A DNA stretch of 63,819 bases, counting the filler, from Octopus bimaculoides (taxonomy: Eukaryota): the NCBI RefSeq assembly GCF_001194135.2. It is 6 parts of 5 records of this genome, joined end to end, with 100 filler letters (N's around TTAATTAATTAA, not from the genome) between each part and the next. Parts side by side here need not be neighbours in the genome. Positions count along the whole stretch, not along the records: positions 34,773 to 60,776 come from NC_068990.1; positions 60,877 to 63,819 come from NC_068995.1; 4 more parts are not named here. The stretch is one strand, 5' to 3'. A program made the translations under genes and the position numbers. The notes beneath the pieces are model-generated. The model was given only the letters and a program-made list of their open reading frames with translations, was not told the DNA's origin and ran no database searches. Numbering within the stretch: position 1 is the first letter of the stretch; each line of letters starts with the position of its first letter. Below are positions 53,701-63,819 of the stretch, in pieces.

Positions 53701-55472
53701 AAAATCTCTTTTCTACTGGATTGGCCTGTGGATTGCGCAATATTCTATGTTTAGAACAATAGAGATTTGCTTATAAAGTTCTCTATTTCACAATATAACC
53801 GGATTTAAATTAATAATAAAAGAAACACTGAATTCGAGTCGATGCAGAGTTTTCCGGTGTAGTATTGTGTTTAATAAGTACCGATGCAAGAATTAAGACT
53901 ATCTCATTTGCATTGCGAATATATCAGTTATTTTGGAAATAATAAACAAAGAAAGATAAGATGCTTTGATTATGTATAACTTCATATATCTCTGTTATAT
54001 TGTAACGTTTGCTTTCACAGTTCATCACAGTAAACATATTTCTGATCATAGAATATTTGTTGAAAAAGTCTTGAAAATACTATTGATTATTATACTTGCG
54101 CTATTATTTGGTGAAGTGAAAGCTTTTATCTATTACTTTCAGAATTACGATTACTAGAAAATTCTTTCACTAATCAAAGGTTAGAAAACAAGAAGTAAAC
54201 TACATGAAATGTTGAACGATTTTGACAACGATACTATTATATTAGTAATATATTAAAACAAATATAAAGCGTTCGACTCTCTGTTTAATATAACAATCGT
54301 ACAGATTCTATTGAACTGGTTTCAAATCAAAGTAAAGTGTCAGTTGTTATATTTTTTATCTCCTCAAACCTTCAAAACAATAACAAATTTTCCAGACCTA
54401 TCCAGGTAGATATCGGTGACTTGCCTTTTAATTCTTGACCTTCAGTTGCAAATATAGATTTAATTTTTTTTTAAATGTTAACTATTTTCTCAATGAACAT
54501 CATCTTGCCTTTACGTTAGAGAAATATAATCCTGAGATATAATCTAAGTACCAGTCTTCCAACAGAGACAGTATACCTGCAACAAACTTATTTCTGATTT
54601 ACGCATAATAATGAATGATGTTGTCATCACGAAAATGACGCATACAAGTCAATCTTTCTCGTCAGCAAATATTAGGGCAGAGACAGCAAAGACAGTCATA
54701 ATTACAACAATCTGACGAAGAAAACCCCCATCAATATCATCAGGAGAAAATGTAGATATTGGTAGAGATTTTAGAACAGAAAGATATATCAGATATAGAC
54801 GGTTGTAAGAAAGTAAGCGTGACGGAGAGAACATCCTTACTTATAATGCTTTAGAATGAAACACAAGGGTATAAACTGACTGCGCATATGTGCGAGACTG
54901 ACTATTCTACAATCATTTAAAACCGGTAATTGGATAGCAGTAAGTTAATTCGCTTGACCTTACAGGAATACGTTATGGGCATCTTAAATATTGTTTGTAT
55001 GGGCTTATGAAGGATATGTAGTGACATACCGCAGGCGTTCAAGCACGATCGTTATTTGTCGGATGACAAATATCAATACATACCTGCTTTCATCGTCTGC
55101 GAAGCAGCTGCTTTAGTATAGTATTTCCCTATTCCGAAATCTGGATGACGTTGTGAAGTACTATATAAGAATTTCAGAAACCTTTTGACTCGGTTTTAGT
55201 GGATGTGATATCTCAGAAAGCTGAAATCAAAAGGTCAATATGATCTTCCTTATGAGGAACGTATACATAATTGCTTTCAGAATAGCCGAAAGCAGAAGTG
55301 AGGGTAGAAATTTCACGAAAGCGCTCGAGTTTGCAAACCATTCAGAATACAGAGAATTGAAATATTTCCTATAAAGAAAATATTCAAGATATTTGAATAT
55401 TTGAAATATCTGAAACCTCCATTCTAAAGGTTGGAAACTCTCAGCGTATTTTGCTGGGTATGCTGTAAAGTG

Positions 55473-56125
55473 TCAGCTGTCCACAGCCAGCATACTAAGG
55501 TAACACTTGTTTACTGGTGATGATTCAAGAACATTGCGAAGTATTCTTGCAGTTCCAAGCAATGCTGGTGTTTTAAGAGTTCTACCTTTAGATTTGTACC
55601 AATCTTTTTGAGCCATGATGGTATTTGAGTGCTGATACTTCTCAGTGTACCAGTTACTATTGACATCACGTCTAGACTCCTCAATCTTCGTAATTCCCAC
55701 TTTAAATCATCATAGCTGTTCAGATTTCCCTCTTCTTTTTCAATGAACCTGTTGTCAACGGGACATGATATGTCGATTATCATGGATGTTGTTTCATTTT
55801 TATTCACCATCATAATATCTGGTTTCCGATGTCTGGTCAGATGAGCGAACTGAATCATTGCCTCCCATAGGATAGTGCACTTTTCATTCTCCATAACTCC
55901 TAAAGGAATGTGCACATACCACCACATTGCTCTCTGTAGGATGTGATTTCCACATTCCCTCATTGCATCATTCTTGCCACATGGTCATGTCGTCATTTTT
56001 ATTTGCATTGTGCCAATTTTGAGCATTCGTTAACGATGTGACATAGCACTTCACCCCTCTCACCACGCATTCTGCATTTATTACTGTCGGTAGTGTTGCT
56101 AATTTTACGCAATATTATTTTTTTA
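55473..56125 (-). mobile_element. R4/Dong-clade non-LTR 3' fragment (CCHC finger plus restriction-like endonuclease), decayed
   Basis: KCRMRGERGEVLCHIVNECSKLAQ..RHDHVAR, then TILWE...RKPDIMMVNK..IIDISCPVD...YDDLKWELRRL..IVTG.L...ALLGTARILRNVL. Confidence 0.9.
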
Positions 56126-56134
56126 ATATTATCA

Positions 56135-56650
56135 CTATAGAGTCACAGAGCAGCGCATGCCATCGAAGTAACACTGGAATAAAGAATACGATGCCCAGTC
56201 TCCACATCATAACTACCCGTGTCACAAGGGTAACCCAGGCACATGCATCACAAGCATATGTGCGCAACAAGGCGATCTTATATCAAGATAAATAGCGCAT
56301 GATCTTACAGATAGGGCCCAGTTAGAATATTCCACAGCTCGAGTAGCCCATCAGGGCTGTTTAAGGATGTTAAAGGAAACACTAATGCTTCCTGAGATTA
56401 ATTATTCAAACTTCAGAGGATTCCTCTAGACACATGGCTACGATGCTCATCCACTACGTCTACTCATAATCAGAGATGCACATATCGTCAGCCACCAAGG
56501 GACAGATTTGTTTATCAGGGTCAAACACCTGATTGTATTGAGCAGAATATTTGTTGTAGCTCATATTTAAGGCCATGAAAAAATATGTACGTGATAACAC
56601 CTCTGTTCAGTTAAGTTCAGAAACCACGAGAGTCATTCAGGGCATCTATT
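56135..56650. mobile_element. Unclassified dispersed repeat (family D), copy 2
   Basis: Alignable with 27280-27822; followed by a long (TAT)n at 56648-56750. Confidence 0.85.
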
Positions 56651-56654
56651 ATTA

Positions 56655-56733
<79 letters not shown>

Positions 56734-56759
56734 TACTATTATTATTATTGTTGTTGTTG

Positions 56760-57485
56760 TGCTGCTGTTATTATAATTAAAAAAAGAATTATTGTCATTT
56801 TCTCCCTTTTAATCTGCCTGTTTTATTTTACAAGCCCTTGCCGATACACACCCATTGTCATGGGGCGAGTGAAGGATAAGAGATAGTACAGTATGACTGA
56901 AAGCTTGGGTGTATTGTAAGTTTCAGGGGCAGTAACGAAATATCCTCATGTAATACGACTCACACATTTAAATTGATAGGGTTTTTCTAAAGATGTTGGC
57001 AGCTCATGTCAGCACAATCTTTTGGATTTCTCTGATACATCGTTCTCCTGGATTCTTATCTCGATGTTTCTGACATCCCATGTTTATCTTACCTAAGGAA
57101 CCTACAATAACTGGAGCACGTCTCACTTTACGATGCCACATATTTTGCATGTTAATTTCCAGGTCCTTATATTTAGCTCATTTATGAAATTCTTTCACAG
57201 ATATATTTTTATCAGTAGGAATACTTACATCTATTAGTCTAGAAGTATTTCCTTACACGTCTTTAATAATTATGTCTGTTTGATAACAGCCTGAATTGTT
57301 CTGTCAGGGTTCAATGGAAAATCCCATAGGATTGTGATATTCGTAACTTCAACGGCTGGCTTAGGACGATGCTCATACAAGTTAGCAAGACTTTTGATAT
57401 TGAAGTGTTTAGATATTTTCCAATGTAAAGACTGTCCTACACCATCGTGGCGATTTTGTATTCGCTTAGTGTCAGTACATGACAT
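56760..57485 (-). mobile_element. Second R4/Dong-clade 3' fragment (RLE domain plus 3' UTR ending in (AAT)n)
   Basis: RHDGVGQSLHWKISKHF...ITILWDFPLNPDRTIQA, LIDVSIPTDKNISVKEF, KYKDLEI, PVIVGSLG, IQKIVLT*AANIFRK. Sequence is distinct from the 55473 fragment. Confidence 0.85.
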
Positions 57486-57601
57486 CCCGAGAGAGATGGT
57501 CTATTATCACCACCACCACCACCACCANNNNNNNNNNNNNNNNNNNNNNNNNNNNNNNNNNNNNNNNNNNNNNNNNNNNNNNNNNNNNNNNNNNNCCACC
57601 C

Positions 57602-57635
<34 letters not shown>

Positions 57636-58297
57636 GACCATCATCATCACAACCGTCGCCGTCGTCGTCGTCGTCGTCATCATTCTCATTTACAACGTTA
57701 CTGGACTATCTAATTAGTAGTGATTTGATTTGAATGTTCGTAAGAAATTTCGTGAACTCCTCAAAAACGGTTTACTTTACAATGCCAGCAGGATGCAATG
57801 CTGCGCCCGTCTTGCAGCTTGGCAATATATTTCTCAATTCCATTATACTCCTAGCCTACTAAATTGCTGTTTGTGTTTTTGGGACTATGAAGCAAGTTGC
57901 CATTTAACTTTATCCATCTTGCTATATCCTGTTATTCCATTGCTGTCTCAGATACAAATATATCGATTCAACCACTATATTGATAAAAATAAAATAAATC
58001 TTATGGCTAGAAGTTTTTCTGTCTCCTCTGCTATCATAGTTGGTCTACATGCTTCAACATTATGCGTAATCGTTATGGAAAAATCAAATAAAATCCTTTA
58101 ATTATCATTCAACATCACAACCTATGGCTAGTATTCAAAGCAATTTTCTGTCATTCATTTAAATTCCAATACAATATGTTACGGAGACACTCAAATCGGC
58201 ATTTGTACTCTTTTTGTGCTTGCTTAATAGATGATATTCAGAGATAATTCACTCTTACATTTGGCTTTAGCTTTGATTTTGCATTCGATATAATACC

Positions 58298-58335
<38 letters not shown>

Positions 58336-60439
58336 NNNNNNNNNNNNNNNNNNNNNNNNNNNNNNNNNNNNNNNNNNNNNNNNNNNNNNNNNNNNNNNNN
58401 NNNNNNNNNNNNNNNNNNNNNNNNNNNNNNNNNNNNNNNNNNNNNNNNNNNNNNNNNNNNNNNNNNNNNNNNNNNNNNNNNNNNNNNNNNNNNNNNNNNN
58501 NNNNNNNNNNNNNNNNNNNNNNNNNNNNNNNNNNNNNNNNNNNNNNNNNNNNNNNNNNNNNNNNNNNNNNNNNNNNNNNNNNNNNNNNNNNNNNNNNNNN
58601 NNNNNNNNNNNNNNNNNNNNNNNNNNNNNNNNNNNNNNNNNNNNNNNNNNNNNNNNNNNNNNNNNNNNNNNNNNNNNNNNNNNNNNNNNNNNNNNNNNNN
58701 NNNNNNNNNNNNNNNNNNNNNNNNNNNNNNNNNNNNNNNNNNNNNNNNNNNNNNNNNNNNNNNNNNNNNNNNNNNNNNNNNNNNNNNNNNNNNNNNNNNN
58801 NNNNNNNNNNNNNNNNNNNNNNNNNNNNNNNNNNNNNNNNNNNNNNNNNNNNNNNNNNNNNNATATATAAATTGTTTCCCTTTCAGGTATTTGTACTGTC
58901 AGATAGTGGCATCGTTCTTTATTTGCAATATTCTAGGTATTTTGCACGATCGGATAATGCAATCTACCGTTTCCAAAGATATAGCCTGTCATTCATATCT
59001 CTCGCCTTGAATTCTGTTCCACTTTCATTATTTTGGGAAATATTTGTAGTCGCAGATAATTTTCATTTGTCTCTTCACATGTTAAACAGAATTTTGAAAC
59101 CAATATTGTAAGAGTAGAAATAATTGCATTAATCTCTATATCTTTAAGTCATCTCATATTTATCTATTCCAGCTTGGACTAAACTCCGAATCTGTACTTC
59201 ATCTCTTTGTTATCTATTTCAACTTGTCGCGTTTTCATACATATATACTGTTGCTATTTCATATAAAAGTGTTTTGAAAGAGATATTTTTTTTTTATTTG
59301 GAGGAACGTTTTCCTAGTTTTATTTGAGAAAAAATATTGTAGATTAACGGTGATATCTGTCTACGATCTCATTAACATTGTGTGGTTGATGAGCGTTTAT
59401 TATTTTAAACTACCATAGATATTTTCTTGGAATATCATTTACCGACACAAAATCCAGAGAAATAAAGACGTAATTCCATCGAGCTTTTTTTTATGCTTTC
59501 TCTGTCGTTGATTCGACGTTATTATTGGATTCCTAATTTGCACATATCCAAGAGACACTTTAAATATAACCCTTACATGAAACATTTTCAGAAAGTATTT
59601 ATATTTTTTGGCACTGATTGCCACATTTTCATGCTACTGCTGACTTTTTCTATGATTTCAGATTTATAAATACTGTTTATGTTGCATATTGTAACATGGT
59701 GTTTTCAAATTTTTATGTTCTTTTTTCTAAACAGCTTTTACTAGATTGCTGTCGTTCTTAGTTGTTTCTCATATTTCCCTTGTGAATATATTTCCTTTTA
59801 GCAGAAACGTTTACCATAACTATTTATTTTTAATTTGATTGTATTTACAGTTTAATTATTCCCACAAATACGAGTAATATATCATTATCTATTATAGCTG
59901 CAGTATAAACTTTGACGCAGTAATATATGACGTTTTCTAGTGTAAATATGTAGCTTATGTCCACTACATATTTATGGCATAATATAATGATTAAACTCTT
60001 TCGCTACATGTACAAACATGTAGTTAAATCAGTAATTTTAATGTATCTGTCGTCCAATAGAATACTGCTCGTGTGTAAACGTTCAAACATAAGTTTATAT
60101 TGCGCAATACATTCCTAAGTAAATAACGAAATTGTTTAATGCATGTGATTATCATTATTAATTCTTAGCACTTTCCAATGTAGTGAACACGATCCTAAAA
60201 TCCTTGGGAACCAGGTGTATATTTATCTTACTCAGTTATAATGCAGTATTTTTTTGTCGATTTACTTCCCAATAATATACTTTAAGACATATATTTCCAA
60301 AGAAAACGTGTTTTCTGCTTTTACATCTCTGGTGTGTATACGAATATATTTCTATCAAACAGGCTATGTTACTCTACAGCAGTGGTCACGATGTGCTTTC
60401 TTGATATTGGTTTGGCCTTCTCGATATTGGTTTGGCCTT

Positions 60440-60617
60440 CAAATGACGCAACCGGCCAACTTTTCTTTGCAGTGTCACGTACTTATAGCTGAGGAGATTT
60501 GAGCAACGCAATACGATATCTTTTACTAAAAAACACAATAAATTGCTTGCGGGTCTTGAATTCAAACGTCTATCTGGTGATCGTAAATGCAACTCACTCT
60601 AACAACTATGCTGCGCA
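60440..60617 (-). mobile_element. Degenerate SINE family C head
   Basis: Minus gcgcagcatagttgttagag...ttacgatc...tttgaattcaagacc...cgttgctcaaatctcctcagct. Confidence 0.5.
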
Positions 60618-60691
<74 letters not shown>

Positions 60692-60776
60692 ATATATATC
60701 CTTATATATATATAGTAACATATATTTGCCAACTAAGTGTGGCGTCCTATACAAGACAGTCCTACAGTTGTTTATA

Positions 60777-60876
60777 NNNNNNNNNNNNNNNNNNNNNNNN
60801 NNNNNNNNNNNNNNNNNNNNTTAATTAATTAANNNNNNNNNNNNNNNNNNNNNNNNNNNNNNNNNNNNNNNNNNNN
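60777..60876. other. Artificial scaffold linker N44-TTAATTAATTAA-N44
   Basis: Direct reading. Confidence 0.95.
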
Positions 60877-60959
60877 CAGAACAACATTATTTTCAACCGG
60901 TGGAGAGAAACGCAAGCAAGTAAACACAGGCACGCACGCACACATACATACACACTCAC

Positions 60960-61122
60960 ACGACGAGCTTCCTTCAGTTTCCGTCTTCCGAATCTATTCA
61001 CAAGGCTTTTGGACAGCCCGGGGCTATAGGAGAGACTTGCTCAAAGTGCCATGCAGTGGGACTGAACCTGGAACCATGTAGTTGGGAAGGAAACTTCTTA
61101 CCACGTAACCATACCTGCGCCT
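60960..61122 (-). mobile_element. SINE family B head
   Basis: cttcagtttccgtc...ttcacaaggctt...gtgccatgcagtgggactgaacctggaaccatg. Confidence 0.8.
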
Positions 61123-62635
61123 TTACAACGGCGAACTATCTATTCAATGGATCCTTTTATTTCGTATCGAAATGGAGTGGGCGGCTGAGAGTTAAGTGCT
61201 CTAATCATGTACACATATCATTTGAGGATTGAATCCATATCGATCCATCAGGAGAGAATAAGACACTCACACAACTCAATCAATTGCGACCTTCCATTGG
61301 ATTAGACAATTTCCTTTAAAAAAAGCAAACAATAAAACAAACAAACAAACAAAACAAAATAAAAAATCTGATCATTGCATAAAAGAGAAAAAAAAATATA
61401 TAAAAGAAATCAATATGATACGCCAATCACTGCCCGCGTTATTGATTCTGTTGGGATTAAAGCTTTATGTTGACATCGATATTTAGAATTACTAAGTAAA
61501 TATTAACCTAACAAGACAGACAAATCTCACACATGATATTACTGTTTCAATATGTAAGGAAATATTCTATCTTCTTTGAAAATCAGATTAAAATGAACTC
61601 ATATGTTTAAGAGTGAAAAGCAAAGAAGGAAAATATTTTGCTTTTGTGTTAAGACTGAAAGGAATAGTATAGAAAAATATTGCATTTGTTAATGCTAAAG
61701 AATTTTCTCCAACATCTAGCTGTTCCCGAAAAAATGGAGACATAAAAAAATCGCCAAATTTTGCCCAAACATACTGCATGTATATATATGTAAGCCAGGA
61801 GATGAGGAGCAGTGATTTGTCCGCTTTTGCTGACCCACCAACGGGAAGGTGTTACGATTCAGGGTGAAACACCCGATGGTCATTGGATGATTGTCTGATG
61901 ACATCATTTATTCCTGGCCAAAGCTACATTCACTTTCGTGAGTGAAAAAAGGTACTTTCTTCTAGATGTTAGCAACACACACACACACACACACGTATAT
62001 ATATATATGTGTGTGTATACGTAAATGTCGAACAATGAAAATGAGTGCTTAACACTGCATTTGAATGTTTGTCTCCCTTGGATTTGTCTTTTGGACAAAC
62101 TGTTGTGTGGTCAATTTGCATTATTTTGTATTTGTTTTGGTTGTGGTGTTCTTATACTTGTGTGGTGAGGTAGTTTGTCATTGGGGCATATTTCTTTTGT
62201 ATGTGGAGTTTGTGTGCTATACCCAATGTATAGAACGTACATATATTTCATATAACATGAAAAACGTACATAAATTTTATGTAAGATGAAAACACTCACA
62301 CTTCTCAGTGGTGTTCGCTGTAATTTGGAACGGTATACCTCAGCTGCTACTTCTGAAATACTTACCTCATCACAAGAAGCTACTATACATGCAGGTACCT
62401 GTGGTCGAAGCATAACGAGGGAGTTCTTTATGTTATTTTTATTAAAAAATTGGGATTTAACTGTTGTCATTTCTGCTTTCAATCCCAATGTACTTTCACT
62501 TTTTAGGACAATTCGCTTTCACTTTTTTTAGACCGTCAACTGCATGAGTACCAACCAAGTGTATTTTTTGTTTGTTTGCACTGTGCGTGTGTGTGTGAGA
62601 GAGAGAGAGAGAGAAAGAAAGAGAGAAAGAGAGAT

Positions 62636-62715
<80 letters not shown>

Positions 62716-63022
62716 AGGATGCTATTGTAGTAGTGTTCTGGGAGGTGAGTACTATATATTTGTTTGGAGGTGATATTCTTATTGTAGAGGCAATAGATGA
62801 ACTTGCTTCAGGAACAAACCGTGTCTGTATTTCCAGATGATCTTGCCCTTTTAATATTTATCTTTCATTGTAGATTTGTACTGTAAATATAGTGTGTTTA
62901 TAAACTGTAATGAAGTGAAGCGCATAAATCTTGCAGGTTTTTTTGTAGTTTTTCGAAGGTTGTTATGGAAACATTGAGGTTTCAGTTGAAGCTAACATAT
63001 TTCATAATGGCTGTTATGTGTA

Positions 63023-63161
63023 CTAGCAGAGATACCCGGCGTTGCTCGGGATTAAAATGGCATAGATTTTTTTTATTGTTTTACTTGCCTCGGTTATGTG
63101 ATTGCAGGTGATTGAAGGTTCAATTTCCAATTTAAAATATGTGCTAATTAATAGCCCTAGA
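63023..63161 (-). mobile_element. Helitron 3' terminus (possibly a short non-autonomous Helitron)
   Basis: Minus: CCCGAGCAACGCCGGG hairpin, 8-nt spacer, CTAG|T, the canonical Helitron 3' end. A possible A|TC 5' end at 63161 is weak. Confidence 0.7.
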
Positions 63162-63204
63162 TGACCATGGTAGAAGTTGAAATACTATATTTTGATAATT
63201 TTAA

Positions 63205-63819
63205 CTACTCTTTAAAAAATTTAAAAGTGCGAGTAGAGCAGTGTACACACGATACTCTAAGGTCTAATCTATTATTGATTAGATTAGGATTATTTCTAAG
63301 TTTAAAAATTTCATATATTTCCATAGAACATAATTCACATCCATATCTACTATTTCTATAAGGTTGAGCTTTTCTTATAATTTCCCATTTAAGGCTAAAA
63401 TTAATACCATTATCTTTTAACTCCCAAATTTTACTTGCTAATGTCGTACTATTTGCTTTATGTCTTAGTCTAAAAGAATACTTATGGTTATATATTCTCT
63501 GTTTCACATTAATACTACATCCTATGTAAATATAATTCTCGGTTATTGTACTTATAATGCATCTGTACACTACGTTACGGGTGCAACAATTTCCTAATAA
63601 CGGACAATGGGACTTATTTCTGAAGTTGCACCTAGTGGTACTATCAACCCCACCTATATTATTTCTAATATCTCTATTATTATTATTACAATTATTTACA
63701 CTAATATAATTTATCAATTCATCAATTCTATTAGGTATATTTTGATCATTTCCATCATTATTTAACCCGTTTCCTGATGTGCTATCAGTTAGAATTATTC
63801 TTCCAGCATTAGGCATATT
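63205..63819 (-). mobile_element. Penelope-like element C-terminal GIY-YIG endonuclease, open frame running off the window (Naiad-like linker)
   Basis: MPN..II, then CNFRNKSHCPLLGNC, NVVYRC...IYIG...KQRIYNHKYSFR...NSTTLASKIWELK...KWEIIRKAQPY...CELCSMEIYEI...LINNR...SCVH. No stops in 203 codons. Confidence 0.9.

Noticed and set aside
60401-60440. 20-bp tandem duplication; also the 22-bp repeats at 1261-1325
   Set aside because: Simple slippage duplications with no spacers; not CRISPR-like.

Overview
AT-rich, microsatellite-saturated, repeat-dominated animal genomic DNA. The SINE families and repeat spectrum look like an octopus (coleoid cephalopod) draft assembly; this is inferred from recalled repeat consensi, not from a search. 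I found no host protein-coding gene I can support. All convincing coding similarity comes from transposable elements: a decayed Mariner, three RTE LINE pieces, a CR1-like 3' end, three R4/Dong-like RLE-type non-LTR pieces, Penelope-like (PLE) RT and GIY-YIG pieces, and a Helitron 3' end. There are also many tRNA-derived SINEs. The window is six scaffolds joined by artificial N44-TTAATTAATTAA-N44 linkers, so adjacency across the linkers is unreliable. The most notable signals are: (1) three different minimal type-I hammerhead ribozyme motifs with palindromic stem III (28418 + with a canonical core; 14783 - and 17927 - with variant cores), each in a PLE-LTR-like fragment next to (TA)n; (2) a stack of R4/Dong-like elements and an unclassified ~520-bp repeat in (TAA)n microsatellites, plus an R4 5' end starting right after (TAA)n; (3) an uninterrupted PLE GIY-YIG ORF directly upstream of a Helitron 3' terminus; (4) a 62-bp-arm foldback hairpin and a ~104-bp-arm diverged inverted repeat.
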